A stretch of 63,842 nt of DNA, the filler included, from Octopus bimaculoides (lineage: Eukaryota), in the NCBI RefSeq assembly GCF_001194135.2. It is 7 parts of 7 records of this genome, joined end to end, with 100 filler letters (N's around TTAATTAATTAA, not from the genome) between each part and the next. Parts side by side here need not be neighbours in the genome. Positions count along the whole stretch, not along the records: positions 1 to 24,971 come from NC_068981.1; 6 more parts are not named here. One strand, 5' to 3'. Numbering within the stretch: position 1 is the stretch's first letter; every line of letters begins with the position of its first letter. Position numbers and translations under genes: made by a program. The notes beneath the pieces were generated by a model that was not told where the DNA came from, made no database searches, and saw only the letters and a program-made list of their open reading frames with translations. This document shows, piece after piece, positions 1 through 13,699 of this stretch.

Positions 1-270
1 CTGCATCCACACTTTGTTTAATACTTGTAAGACTTCAACTTCTAAACTAATCTACAATCTAACAAGCTTCTAGTTTTATGCTAGAAAGACAAAAGGTTTG
101 ATATCTTCAAGAATATCTAAGTCTCTATGTTTTTATCTATACCTGTTGTGATTCAGATATTGTGGAGAGAGTTCTGAATAACAACACCCTTATCCATTTT
201 GTATCTCTTCCTTACTAAGCTCAGATACAAAGGTTTAAACATGGTGGATTACATTTGTTTTATGCAATAT

Positions 271-410
271 CTTCTTCTTCTTCTTCTTTTTCTTCTTCTT
301 CTTCTTCTTCTTCTTCTTCTTTTTCTTCTTCTTCTTCTTCTTCTTCTTCTTCTTCTTCTTCTTCTTCTTCTTCTTCTTCTTCTTCTTCCTCTTCTCCTCC
401 CCCGCCTCCT
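271..410. repeat. (TCT)n microsatellite
   Basis: Near-pure TTC/TCT run; it explains the poly-L/R/S ORFs. Confidence 0.98.
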
Positions 411-535
411 CCTACTTATTTTTTTTTCTTTTCTACACACACTTTACACATTGTATGTTACAAACTTACCACTCACCCCCAACACACTGCATACATGACC
501 GCAGTCACATCAAAGCTCTGTATTCTGTCCTTCCT

Positions 536-745
<210 letters not shown>

Positions 746-950
746 AGCACCAGTTCAATCTACTCTGAGTAATCTTGTTGTGTTGCCCCATCAGATATTA
801 AACTTGATGCATTTCATCCCGCTCCTCTCCTTGTTTCTGTTGCATCAACACCTCTAAAACACCATACTAAGCATTTTTCAGAAGCCTTCATCTGTTGAAT
901 TATTCCATATGGAACTTCAGCACGCTACATGTGTCCCCAATAGACACATA

Positions 951-1118
951 GGTGTAGGCGTAACAGTGTGGTTAAGAAATTTGCTTCTTAAGAACCTAGG
1001 TTTCAGGTTTGATCTCGCTGTGTGACACCTTCAGTAAGTATCTTTGAGTACAGCCCCCAGGACAATCAAAACTCTGCGAGTAGATTTGGCTGGTGGAATC
1101 TGAAAGAAGCCCATTGTA
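951..1118 (+). mobile_element. SINE family A (tRNA head, CORE-like body), degenerate copy
   Basis: Matches better copies at 47826-47990 and 58205-58372 (gtgtggtaag...cttgggcaagtgtcttc...gaaactgaaagaagccc). Confidence 0.75.
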
Positions 1119-1549
1119 CACACACACACACATGACTTTGCTCGGTATGATGCTCTAATAGCAGGGATATTCAAGGAACAGTTGTCAGAGACTATCTTTA
1201 CTATTTTGTACCGTTTTTACCATTCATCACGTAGCAAAATTTTTTAGATTGAATTAAATGAAATTAAATGTCAATGTCCTGCATTGCCTAGTTGCTTGCC
1301 TTTCCTCACTACTTTAACCTATACCTACTGGCTCAAAGGGATGTCACCTCTAGCTGTTTTAAAACAAGATAATCACACAACCACAACTTCAACAGCTGCT
1401 CTCACTGGAATTTTGATGGCACACCTATTTGACCACTCAGAATGCATACCTATTCGTTCAAGTCATCCTGATGAAAATTCCCCATATCCTCTATATATGT
1501 ATGTGTGTGTATATATATGTGTGTGTGCATGTGTATGTGTATGTGTGTA

Positions 1550-1594
<45 letters not shown>

Positions 1595-1984
1595 NNNNNN
1601 NNNNNNNNNNNNNNNNNNNNNNNNNNNNNNNNNNNNNNNNNNNNNNNNNNNNNNNNNNNNNNNNNNNNNNNNNNNNNNNNNNNNNNNNNNNNNNNNNNNN
1701 NNNNNNNNNNNNNNNNNNNNNNNNNNNNNNNNNNNNNNNNNNNNNNNNNNNNNNNNNNNNNNNNNNNNNNNNNNNNNNNNNNNNNNNNNNNNNNNNNNNN
1801 NNNNNNNNNNNNNNNNNNNNNNNNNNNNNNNNNNNNNNNNNNNNNNNNNNNNNNNNNNNNNNNNNNNNNNNNNNNNNNNNNNNNNNNNNNNNNNNNNNNN
1901 NNNNNNNNNNNNNNNNNNNNNNNNNNNNNNNNNNNNNNNNNNNNNNNNNNNNNNNNNNNNNNNNNNNNNNNNNNNNNNNNNNNN

Positions 1985-2016
<32 letters not shown>

Positions 2017-2145
2017 AGCAAAAAAGAACTGAAGTAATAAGAGGGAATGCATCATTAACTTCAGATGATTAGTGCTACTATAGCCATGGAACACTTTTTC
2101 CAATCTGTAAGCCTAAATTTATATGCATATATACACCATGTATAT

Positions 2146-2179
<34 letters not shown>

Positions 2180-2183
2180 CTCT

Positions 2184-2221
<38 letters not shown>

Positions 2222-2559
2222 TAAATATATCTATCTATCTATCTAGTAACAGAAAGAGAGAGAGAGAGAGAGAGAGAGAATGGGGTGAGGAGAGAGATAT
2301 GCTGATATATATATGTGTGTATATAGAAATAGAAATCATGTGGTGAATTAAACATGCCTACAGTCTTCAGAAAATATGATGAAAAAGGGACATTAAAGAT
2401 CTTTACTCCCTTGTTAATCAACTTTATGGTCCTTGCTGAATTTCCTGTGCAACCTTTATGGTTATGGATGGTAAAATACTTATTAAAGATTCAAATACGA
2501 TCCTTCAATACTGGTCAGAATATTTTGGTGATTAGCTAATTTTTTTTATCAAGTATTGA

Positions 2560-2838
2560 TTGATCCTTTTTAGAAGTCATTCAGCAAATCCCAATAAAAC
2601 CCCTTTTTTATGGTCCACCTACTTTCAATGAAGTAAGAGATGTTTTGCAGAGACTTAAACATGGAAAACCCACTGGCATTGACTGTATTGCTGGAAGTGT
2701 TGAAATTTGGAGGAGAAATAAGATGTTGGATCTTCTTCATAATCTTTTATATAATATGGGAAAATTGATGCAGTTTCTCAAGATAGAAGAGATGTATCGT
2801 TGTGAATGTAGAAAGGAAAATGTGTGGTGAAAACACAC

Positions 2839-2874
<36 letters not shown>

Positions 2875-4200
2875 TAATTTCTCTCCTTAGTGTAATAGAG
2901 ATAACATTGAGAAGAATTATTTTTGATAGGCTCATTAAACATGGTTTGATATGTCATCATTCCAAGTCACAAACAGGTTTTCATGTTAGACAAGGAACAA
3001 ATGATGTATTTCCATCTTGTCAACTACACAGGAAATGCATTGAGTAGAAACTTAACCTTTATCATTGCTTCACTGACCTCATTAAGGCCTTTGATTCAGT
3101 GAACTATGACGTGTTATGGACAATTTTCAGACAAGCTGCTTGTTTTGATGAATTAACAAATATTACCAAGTCCTTTCATAATGATATGGGAGCCTGTTTT
3201 GTAATTAGCAAAGGATGCTCAGACCCTTTTTAAGTCAGTAGCAATGGAAAACAAGGTGATATAATGCCCTTGCTTTATTTGCCATATACTATATAACAAT
3301 AGCTTTGTTTTTCTTTTTTCTTCTTCTAATTTTGTATTTGGTTTGCAAGATTCTTGATATGAACTTGTGTGTTGAAACTGATTCCAAACTTTCAAAAATT
3401 ACACTGAAGGTATTTAAATATGTCCATACTTATATATGCGCAACTAGTAAGTTACTCAACCTCAAATAGTTAAATCCGCAATCACAGTTTTCTATTACTG
3501 AAGACTAATATAGCACACAAAATGATGTTCAAACTTTTAAGGATAAAATTTCATTGACATGTAACAATAAATCTTGATAAAGCCATTATTCTTTATCAGC
3601 CCCACTCCGGGAAACCTCCTGGTGAAAAATACACCTTCCTTTAAATTTCTTAGCAACATGATGAACAGAGATGGTAACCTTGGTGACAAGATTACAAATA
3701 GAATTCAGAAGTCATGGATATCTTTTAGAAAATTAAAATCTTCTCTAAGGTCTCAATTATATATAAAAATGACATTAAAATATCTAATTTTAAAACATAC
3801 AGTTTGTGTATTTTGTTGTATGGCTAAGAAACATAGACATTATATTAAAAATATATTAAACAGTTAAAATATTTTCAGTGAAAGTATCTTCTGCAAATTT
3901 TACATATATCTTGGGGAGACTAGATGAGTGATGATGTAATTTTGGAGCTTGTGGTGTAAGAATACAAGCTCTCTTGCAATGTAGTGGAAGAGGTGGGTAA
4001 GTCATATAGCCTGTAGGGAAGAAGAAATATTCTCAAAGCATCTATTATAATGTTGCTTATAAACACAGTACATCCCATAAGAGATATTACACTGAAATTT
4101 AACTTCTGCTGCTTGTCTACAGATTCTCAGGCAGTGCTTATGTTTTTAAAACTGTTGACACCACTGAATTGAATGGTATTGTTCAGGTGTCAAAATCATA
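2560..4200 (+). mobile_element. Decayed RTE-clade LINE reverse transcriptase region
   Basis: Interrupted translations: PTFNEVRDVLQRLKHGKPTGIDCI; SQTGFHVRQGTNDVF..QLHRKCIE; FTDLIKAFDSVNYDVLW; FKFLSNMMNRDGNL..ITNRIQKS; ILLYG.ET.TLY. These follow RTE RT motif order with stops and frameshifts. Confidence 0.8.
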
Positions 4201-4876
4201 GTGATATTCGTTAGGCCACTGATGATGGGAATGTATGTTTGATATGCTTGTTTTTGAAGTTTCTAAATTCATATGATGTAGATAATAAACAATTCATACT
4301 GGTAAGAATATAGCTTCTAAAATGGATAGAGAAATTCAAAGAATTGCTTCAAAGAATGGTAGAACATCTATTATGTTTACAGAAGATATTGGGTTTGAGT
4401 CCCATGGGCAATATTTAACCTTTTTTCCATCCAAGGAATTTTTGAAAAAGAAATATCTACAGTTATTTATAGTTTTGAAATTTGAGTTCTGTTAAAAACT
4501 ATGTGTGTGTGAGTGTGAGTGTGTGAGTGTGAGTGTGTGTGTGTGTGTGTGTGTGCATGTGCACATGTGCATATGCATGTGTGTGTGTTATACAGTAGAT
4601 GTAATTATATTACTGATCTATGACTAAGTTTCATGTCTATAGCTTATACTTCAGATAGAGAAATCATCAGATGGATTTGAAAACAAAGAGCTCATATAGG
4701 TTATGGGAAAGGGCTATATGTGTATTTAAGGAAGTATAAAATTTTTAGCTTCCATGAGGACAATTAGCAATAATTTAATTTTTTAAATTTGTCAATGTTG
4801 AATGTAGTATAAATTGCTATCACTTATTTTCACACATATGTGTATGCATGTATATATGTGTGTGTGTGAGTGCATA

Positions 4877-4920
<44 letters not shown>

Positions 4921-4944
4921 TTTGTGTTCATGTTACATGACATC

Positions 4945-5560
4945 ATGACAAATTTCCTTTAATTGGATGGTCTTGTGTTTTTTCCAGTTCTCTAAAAGGA
5001 ATGCTCTGAAATGTCTGTCTTGGTCGAAAATCTTGGATCTGACATTTAAACAGTCTTTTTGTCATTTGAGTTTTTTTCGGCTGATTTTTTTTTTTTATCT
5101 GAATTACATAAGTTGCAAGTTCTTGTTCCATTTATGTAAGGGTTGTATTGGTCAAGACTTTTCCAGTGGATGTCCAATTTAATTTTGCAGTCTTTCAATT
5201 TCCAAATATAGTTGTATAATCTGGTAATATGCAGTCCTGTATATTTCCAAGTGAAAAAGTGTGAGTGCAATAATAATTTTTGAATTTACCTTCCACCATT
5301 CTGACATAATGCTTACTCATAATATCTAGGTTTTGTTTTGTGGTAATGACCTTTCTCTCATAAATAATTGAAAGGGCAGGAATCTTTTTGTTTCTGCAAG
5401 TGAAATTTACAATGTTGGTTTGGCTAGATTTCTTGTCATATTGTTTTCCTGTTCGATGTACAGCTTTAATGTAATTTCAAATTGTTTTTATTAAATGAAT
5501 TTCTATAATTGTAGCCGATTAATGATGCCTAAGAAATGTTTAGCTATGTAAATGTTTGAA
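4945..5560 (-). mobile_element. Penelope-like element, GIY-YIG endonuclease / C-terminal fragment
   Basis: Minus-strand peptides LYNYIWKLKDCKIKLDIHWKSLDQYNPYINGTRTCNLCNS and SFNKNNLKLH.SCTSNRKT resemble the PLE C-terminus (YIWxLK...W...CNLC); frameshifted. Confidence 0.75.
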
Positions 5561-5580
5561 GGTGTTGAATTTATCTAGTT

Positions 5581-5660
5581 TGTGACTGTTGACATGTGTG
5601 ACTGTTGACATTTGTGACTGTTGACATGTGTGACTGTTGACATGTGTGACTGTTGACATG
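5581..5660. repeat. Minisatellite, 5 x 16 bp (TGTGACTGTTGACATG)
   Basis: Five tandem units with one substitution. Confidence 0.97.
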
Positions 5661-5689
5661 TGTCATCTTTATACGTGCCTTTATACATG

Positions 5690-5915
5690 TCTGGCGGCAC
5701 TGACAACAACCACGCTTGAATGTTGTTTTTCATGTGCCACCAGCACATGTGCTGGTAAGGCGACACTGGCAACAATCGCACTCGAATGGTGCCTTTTACA
5801 TGCCACCAGCATGGGAGCCAATCCACGGCCCTGGCAACGATCACACACAGATGCGCTTTTAACGTTCCCCTGGCATGAGTGCCAATCAGGCCGTACTGTC
5901 ATCGGCCATGTCAGC
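5690..5915 (-). mobile_element. RTE 3'UTR sub-repeat fragment
   Basis: Reverse complement of the internal repeats of the RTE tail at 16400-16620. Confidence 0.75.
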
Positions 5916-6023
5916 GATTTTGATTTTGATTTTATATATATATATATACATATATATATATGTATTATATTACATCGTATATAAACAAACATGAGTTTGT
6001 TTTTGAAGCATTGAAATGTATTG

Positions 6024-6200
6024 TAGAACAAGTAGAAAGATATATTTTTCAACGTGTAAATACTGAGCAGCATATATATAGGATAAAATCCTTTAAGAGC
6101 AGAAAAATTGCTGACAAATTTTTCTGCTCTTAAAGGATTTTATCCTATATATGCTGTTCAGTATTTACGCATTGAAAAATATATCTTTCTACTTGTTCTA
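6024..6200. repeat. Long foldback, ~85-bp arms with a 7-nt loop
   Basis: Arm 6024-6109 vs reverse complement of 6117-6200: 3 substitutions and one 2-nt indel. Confidence 0.95.
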
Positions 6201-7043
6201 TTATATATAGTCAGTAAATATATTAGCTAGGCGAATTTACCTATTTCTTCTTAGACTGAAAAACAAAACATTTTCAAGCCTTATTAGGTTCCTGTCTGAA
6301 GTGTCTACATTAATTTGACCAATCCCAGAGACATAAGCAGCCAATCTGTTTATATACTCAGCAAATCCAGTAGCTACAGAGAACTGGAGTTACTAATTTG
6401 CATACTCTAAGTGTTTAACACTTTATTTAATCTGATGAGAAGGGGTAAAGCTGAAAGGTTAGATTAAGTAATCTTAGAAAGTAAAAACTAATAAAAATAA
6501 TGTAAATAATGATCAGTTTAAATTCAAGGAGAATGAGTAACTGCAACATAATCACAAGAAGGCCATGGCTATAAGTGCTCCCTCTGCAAACAAAGCTAAT
6601 CAGGTTTAACACTCCCTTCTCTTGCAACAACAACAACAATCATAGCAGCTGAAGCAAGTACTGATTACGTTCCCAAAATTACAACATTATTTGTGCAGCT
6701 GTACCTGTGGTAAATAGTGGACAAATAGCCAATTATATTGAACTTTAATTATAACAGTCAAATTTCTAGATGAAGATTGGAATAATGCCAAGTGATGATG
6801 GTAAACAAAATTTACTGTCATGGAATATTGATGTGACATCATATGAATATTTTAATGGCTAGAAATCTATTTCCTGTTGCAGTTTAGCAGAAGAATTTTA
6901 AACATAACATCTTAGTCTTGTTGGAGATGTGGCAACTTTCTCTGGTGCCAAAGAATGAACAGAGACAATGTAGTGTAGAGAAGGGTCTTTAATTTTGTCA
7001 TGAAGATTACCTTTGTAGCACTGGTGCCATGATAAAATGCCAC

Positions 7044-7463
7044 CAGCACTGGATTAACCATTAAGCAAAATAAGCACGTGCTTAAGGCATCAAGGGAAAG
7101 AGGGGGCACCACAGAAATAGTAAATAGTTTACGGCACAAAAGAAATCACTTTAAACTTGCTAGAATAATATTCGGGATGCCTTTATCTCTATTAGGTATA
7201 GATGCAGATGTGTTACGTAAGATTAATTTTGAGGATCTGATCAAAGACTTTGCAATTCAAAAAAGTTGGAGAAAACTTTTCAAATATAAATAAAGTGGAA
7301 GTATACAAAAATAAAGATTATTTTCCCTCTTTTGTTTCGTTTTGAAAAATAAAAATTTATTTTATGGTTTGTTATTGTTTATATTTTGAATTATGTAATC
7401 TTTTATGGGAGCACCAAAATCTTTTAAGTGCTTAGGGCTTCGATGGGTCTTAATACGGCCCTG
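7044..7463 (+). mobile_element. Non-autonomous hAT element (internal deletion derivative) inserted in an RTE tail
   Basis: Imperfect TIRs CAGCACTGGATTAA / TTAATACGGCCCTG. The internal peptide LSLLGIDADVLRKINFEDLIKDFA resembles the hAT dimerisation domain. RTE tail sequence resumes on both sides. Confidence 0.75.
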
Positions 7464-7646
7464 CTCCAGCACACTCTGTAAAGTGGTTGGTGATAGAAAA
7501 GGCATCCAGCTGTAGCAACTATACTAAAAAGTGAGTGTACAAGCACAAGTGAGATGTGATCTCTGATCTATCAAAGACAGCAGTTACTCCAAACGAGAAC
7601 TGTGACAAACTTCCCAACCTATGTCAGCATATCAATGTAGCATAAA

Positions 7647-7680
<34 letters not shown>

Positions 7681-7683
7681 CGA

Positions 7684-7724
<41 letters not shown>
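7464..7724 (+). mobile_element. RTE 3' tail ending in (ATG)n(ACG)n
   Basis: cactctgtaaagtggttgg...ggcatccagctgtag motif followed by a triplet tail. Confidence 0.75.
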
Positions 7725-7726
<2 letters not shown>

Positions 7727-8387
7727 GAAAGCAGAGTATTTAATTCCACATGGTAAATTTTGTTTGAAGTTGGTCATTAGAATTGTTGCTTTCCATTGGC
7801 AAGGCACAATATTTCTTGCTAACAGAGTCTAAGATATATTAAAGAGGAAGGAAATTGGGAAGCGGCTGCATTAATGTCTAATCAGTGTGTTTACATTTAA
7901 CATGAACATTGAGTGGTTAAGAAGTTTGCTTCATAAATATGAGGCTCCATTTGGATTTAATGCCACAAAGCAAAACCTTGGGAAAGCATCTTCTTGTGTC
8001 AATTGAAGCTTTGTAATTGAATTTTGTTAGACATAAACTGTATGGGAGACTGTCAAATGGACTGGATTTGTAATTCAAAGACCCTAATCATGTCACAAAT
8101 GTTGAGTTTATCAGAAGGTTATATTGAATGTACAAGTGTTTGAGGAGCATATGGTCACTTAACACTAAAAATCAATGAATGTGTAGTTCCAGTGTTTGAA
8201 CAAGTGGAACCTTCATTTGTTGAGAATAATATAAGATTTATTTACATAGTGTGAATTGGCCCCAATTGCAAATTATGACTTTATAACAGATTCAAAACTG
8301 AATTCAGGTTAAACTCACTTCTTTAAAGCTACAGCCCCAACAAATCACATAACCACACCAGCTAAAAAGTAGCTTTCTAATAATAAT

Positions 8388-8925
8388 CATCATCATCATC
8401 GTTAAACATCCGCTTTCCATGCTAGCATGGGTTGGACGATTTGACTGAGGACTGGCGAACCAGATGGCTGCACCAGGCTCCAATCTGATCTGGCAGAGTT
8501 TCTACAGCTGAATGTCCTTCCTAATGCCAACCACTCTGAGAGTGTAGTGGGTGCTTTTACATGCTACTGGAACTAGGACCAGTCAGGTGGTACTGGCAAT
8601 GGTCACACTTGAATGGTGTTTTTTACATGCCGCCTGCAGAGGAGTCAGTCCAGTGGAAGTGGCAACGACCTCGCTCGAATGTTTTGTTCACATGCCACTG
8701 GTACAAGTGGCAGTAAGGCAATGCTGGTAACGATCACGCTCAAATGGTGTTTTTTACATGCCATCGGCATGGAAGCCAGACAGCTGCTCTGGCAATGATC
8801 CCGCTCAGATGGTGCTGTTAGCACTCCACTGGCATGGGTGCCAGTCACCAACTTTGGTTCAATTTCGATTTCACTTACCCCAACAAGTCTTCGCAAGCAG
8901 AGATTAGTGTCCAAAGAAGGAAATA
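8388..8925 (-). mobile_element. RTE LINE 3' end (UTR plus (GAT)n tail)
   Basis: Reverse complement of 16250-16806. Confidence 0.9.
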
Positions 8926-9155
8926 ATAATAATAATAAGCCTTTCTACTATAGGCATAAGGTTTGAAATTTGTGAGAGGGAACTAGTTGATTACATCAAC
9001 TCCAGTGTTTCACTGGTACTTAATTTATTGACCCTGAATGGATGACAGGCAAAGCTGACCTTGGCAGAATGTGAACTTAGAACATCTTTAAGACAGATGA
9101 AATGCTGTTAAGCATTTTGTCTGGTGTGCTAACAATTCTGCCAGCTTGCAACCTT
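8926..9155 (-). mobile_element. SINE family B
   Basis: Reverse complement of ggcggcgagctggcagaa...gagttcaaattccgccgaggtcgac...taagtaccag; TAA/AAC repeats on both flanks. Confidence 0.85.
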
Positions 9156-9162
9156 AGATAAT

Positions 9163-9194
<32 letters not shown>

Positions 9195-9249
9195 CGACAA
9201 TGGCAAGAAGAAGAAGAAGAAGAAGAAGAAGAAGAAGAAAAAGAAGAAA

Positions 9250-9470
9250 AATCCTTTTTACTATAGGCACAAGACCTGAAGTTTTGGGGGAGTGGACTAG
9301 TTGATTACATTGACCCCAGAAATTCACTGGTACTTAATTTATCTGCCCCAAAAGGATGAAAGGCAAAGTCGACCTTGGTGGAATTTGAACTCAGAATATA
9401 GTGACAGATGAAACACCACTAAGCATTTTGTCCAGCGTGCTAGTGACTCTTCCAGCTCGCTGCTTTACTA
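9250..9470 (-). mobile_element. SINE family B
   Basis: Same consensus as 8926-9155 and 53330-53560. Confidence 0.88.
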
Positions 9471-11249
9471 ATAATAATAGACAATTAAATTGGCAGTTAC
9501 ATACAAATATTGTTTTTCTGTTAGCGAGATAACATGTTTGTTTCCTTCTTTTTGTCATCTTACACAAAATATCTCATCTCTGGTTCTCTTCGCTACCATT
9601 AAGAGAGTTCCTACAAGCTATATACAAAACCTTACCTCCTTTGTTAAGTAATTATTAAAAGGAAAAGAAAAAGGGTCCAGTCTATATTTTCCCACATAGT
9701 CAGATAAAATACATCCTTTAATTCTACCTCCACCTACACTGGTTGTTCCAGCATTTTAGTATACGACTGTCTCGGTAACATCTGTGATTTTGTTGCTGCA
9801 ACATCCCATCTTTAATTAGTTTGCTTATTAACTCTTTCATAACCTCTATAATTTGACCTTCTGCTGGCTGTGAGTAGACATTTCTTGGTTCTTCTATTCA
9901 TATAATTTTTTGTAACTATAATTCTTTACCTCTTTCTGAGTGCAAGTGATGTCTTGTAGATGCCAAATGGGGATTACACTTCACTTCTCCTTGATAATAT
10001 CCTCGACATTACATTTGCAATCTTGAATGTTTTTGATGAATGAATTATTGGGACAAATAATCGTAGGTCTTTTAAAATACAACTTGAATGATGATCAAGG
10101 GGACTCAAAAATCCTTAATTCACTGACATTTTATCGTAATAACACTGTCAAAACCAGGATACATTCTGGAGAGCGACTGAATGTCTAAGGAAATGGTGAA
10201 GAGTAAATCTGCAAACGTGACAGTAACTGTAAAAGTAGTTGCTTCTAAACAGTTTTCTGTATTGGATAAAGAGGGAGCTACGAATTTTAGTTAGGAATGG
10301 TGAAAGGAAAGTCTACAGGAAGTAAGTGTTATAAATAAGAAATAATTTAGCAGATGTATTCATTAAGAACTAAAATCTAATTCTAATGTCACAACCATCG
10401 TTATCATTGATAGTTTTGTGATGTGATTTCTACACTGGCCTAGGTTGAATGAGATTCCAGCTGTCCCTATCTATAGTTAATTCTTCTCTAAGGCCTAACA
10501 ATCTTAGCTCTGAGAGGACATTAAAGTAAATGAAATTATAAGGTAACAGAAGGTTAGAGGTTTTGGAAACTTGTGTGCCATGAATAGGAACTAGTCTGAT
10601 AATGTTGATGAATCAGTTTGGATCGGTGAGTAGGCAACAAGATTAGTGATGCAATAATGATGGTTTTAAGTCATCTTAATTTGACCAACAGCTAAGTAAA
10701 TAAAGATCATTAACTACTAACAAAGATAAAACCTGGTGGCTATAGCAAATTGGTAATCTAAACAGTTTTTATGTGGCTCCATGCAAGCAAATATGGCTAA
10801 AATAAGAAGACAATTCTGTTGGTAGAACATAAAGATTACACTAATCAATTGGATGTCTGAAGAGAAAACCTCCCAATACATTTTAGGCCACAGAACAAGT
10901 CAACTGCAAAGCATTGTGTGAATTTATGAATAAGAATGCTATTAATGAAATTAATCAAATAGTGTTGGAATCAATAATAGCTGACAGGCAGTGGTGGCAG
11001 AACAGTGGAAGCTGAGTGTGTAATCTGACCCATAGCAGCAGCTGCCACTCCAGCCAGTCAATATTATTACACACAACAACAGCATAGTCAAATCATCACT
11101 TAAATTAAGGAACCTCACTTTGGAATGTCTATTTATTGGGGAAGAAGCTTTCTTCCATTTTACTTTCTGCTTGCTATAACACAAGAGAATTTCTACACCT
11201 AATATTTACAACAAAAAAAAAAGTTGTTCATGTTTTTTTTGCATTGATG

Positions 11250-11287
11250 ATAACAACAACAACAACAACAACAACAACAATAACAAC

Positions 11288-11321
<34 letters not shown>

Positions 11322-11506
11322 TTGTGATGATGAGAAGAAGAAGAAGAAGAAGAAGAAGAAGAAGAAGAAGAAGAGTAAGAGTAAGAGTAAAAAGAAGAAG
11401 AAGAAGAAGAAGAAGAAGAAGAAAAAGAAGAAGAAGAAGAAGAAGAAGAAGAAGATGAAGAAGAAGAAGAAGAAGAAGAAGAAGAAGAAGAAGAAGAAGA
11501 AGAAGA

Positions 11507-11541
<35 letters not shown>

Positions 11542-11589
11542 AAGAAGAAGAAGAAGAAGAAAAAGAAGAAGAAGAAGAAGAAGAGTAAG

Positions 11590-11622
<33 letters not shown>

Positions 11623-11637
11623 AAGAAGAAGAAGAAT
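11250..11637. repeat. Compound (AAC)(AAT)(AAG)n microsatellite
   Basis: Direct reading; it explains the poly-K ORF. Confidence 0.97.
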
Positions 11638-11860
11638 AGTTTATCTATGTGATGGTAATGATTTTAAGTTCCAGCATTAGGGAAGAAGTTTTTCAGCTGT
11701 GAAGGAAGAAGAATGCTAAGTTGTGGTATTTATCTCTTTCTCAAGAGCATCAATGATGATGTAGTTCCGAAAGGGTTGCCAGCTTCAATTTGCCTTAAGT
11801 TTAATCCTGCATTATATTGTCTGCCATAAACACACAACATTCTTAATAATAATAATAATG

Positions 11861-11918
<58 letters not shown>

Positions 11919-12084
11919 CAATAACTGTGTTTTTTTTTTTGCATAGGCTTACATCTTGAGCTTCATATCAGAGAGAAAATGTTAATTGTAGTGTTTATGG
12001 TGATAACATTGTTATTACAATGAATGGTACACTTCCTATATCTGCCCAGAAGTAAATTTGAGTTACTGGCTTCAATTTGTTGAT

Positions 12085-12300
12085 AGCTTACAGCTGCTCT
12101 ACATTATATGATATAAACAAAATAGCAGCCAAATCTCCCTCAGATCACACACTCTACTGCCTGAAATAATGGAAGTATGTGTAAGATATTGTAGTCTAAT
12201 ATATCCCTTTATAAAGAAGTGGGATGTTAACAGCTGGAATGACTCTGATTGTTCAATCATAGTTGATCAGAGGCTAAACAACATCACTAACAACAAGAAC
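12085..12300 (+). mobile_element. Unclassified SINE-like family F (aatagcagccaaatctccctc...ggctaaacaacaac)
   Basis: Related copies at ~18265-18480 (+), 21210-21368 (+), 21495-21660 (-) and ~31000-31200. Confidence 0.6.
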
Positions 12301-12322
12301 AAGGACAACGACAACAACAACA

Positions 12323-12384
<62 letters not shown>

Positions 12385-12613
12385 AGTAGCTGCAGCAACA
12401 ACAGAAGTCTGTTTAGTGAACGCAAATTCAAAATAAACAGCGGGGAAAAAAATGTTACAATATATTTGGCAATGAAAATGTGTGATAAATATATATGTTC
12501 TCCTACAAGATTTGATTGACAGCATAGCACGTATTCCGTTAATTTTACCATTTTGTTGAATTGTGCAGAATATGCCCAGACTAGTTCCAATTAAAGGCAT
12601 CATTAGCACATAC

Positions 12614-12692
12614 CTCAGAGCATTAGTCATTTCTGTATGTATATAAAAATTGTAATATATGTACAGTATGTTAGACATAACATGCACTGCAT
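12614..12692 (-). CDS. Candidate internal exon of an unidentified host gene (79 nt; ..DAVHVMSNILYIYYNFYIHTEMTNAL..)
   Basis: Branch-like CTAAC, polypyrimidine tract TTTTTTTCCCTGCCTCAG acceptor, GAG|GTATGT donor, one open frame, unique sequence. No protein family recognised. Confidence 0.3.
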
Positions 12693-12895
12693 CTGAGGCA
12701 GGGAAAAAAACTGTTAGAACTTCTACTTGAACCATATGTGTGTAGCTTGTTAAGACTTCTGTGTTACTAGTTACATTATAGAATATCTACTACTGCCTCT
12801 ACTTAAGTCAGATACTTTTATTTGTTACCTTTTATCTTTTGCTCATTTCGGTCATTGGACTGCAGCCATGCTGAGACATTGCTATGAAGGTTTTA

Positions 12896-13158
12896 AAAAA
12901 ATAAAAATAAATGCGCCCTTTTAAAGCCTAGCCAGGCTCATGTGCCCGGTTTCCCGGTTTCAATGGCATATGTGTTCCCCAGCTGGATGGGACGCCAGTC
13001 CATCACAGCATTGCTCATTTTTGCCAGCTGAGTGGACTGGAGCAACGTGAAATAAAGTGTTTTGCTCAAGAACACAATGCATTGCCCGGTCCAGGAATCG
13101 AAACCACAATCTTACGATCATGGTGCTGACACCCTAACCACTAAGCCACACACCTCCA
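12896..13158 (-). mobile_element. tRNA-headed SINE with V/Meta-like central domain
   Basis: A/B-box head, gatggactggcgtcccatccag core, and 14-bp TSD CTATGAAGGTTTTA at 12882-12895 and 13159-13172. Confidence 0.88.
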
Positions 13159-13699
13159 CTATGAAGGTTTTAGTGAAACAAATTGACCCCATACATATTC
13201 TCTTAAAGTCTATTTTGTATTCAGTTTCTTGTGCAAAACTGCTAGGTTATGGGGATGTAAACGAACCAACACTGGTTATCAAGTGATGGCAGGGGATACT
13301 CTGCCAACACAAAGAAACACATGTCTTGAAATATCTACCATACCCCAGCCCCCAGCCCCTCCAATTTTTCTCACTATCACTTGCTACAGTCACTTTTTCC
13401 CCATCTCTAACATCCCCCATTGCTTCCTCTATACCACATATACCCCCCCCCCCCCTTTTCCCTTGGGGTATGTCGCTAATGCATCTCCAACACCATCTAT
13501 TACTCTCTCTTACTCTGACTGTTTCTCTATATTTCTCTCTAACACCATATCTCCTTTCTTTTCCTGCTGGGGTAACCAAGCATTTCCGATATAGTAAGAC
13601 ACCTGCCTCTCTCTCTCTATTATACTCTAACCTCTCACCTAGCACAAAGCTACTCCTCTTGCTACCACTCCCTCTCCCAGCCCAGAGGTTTTTGTCTTG

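Noticed and set aside
6428-6468. CTGATGA...GAAA hammerhead-like string
   Set aside because: Stems I, II and III do not pair
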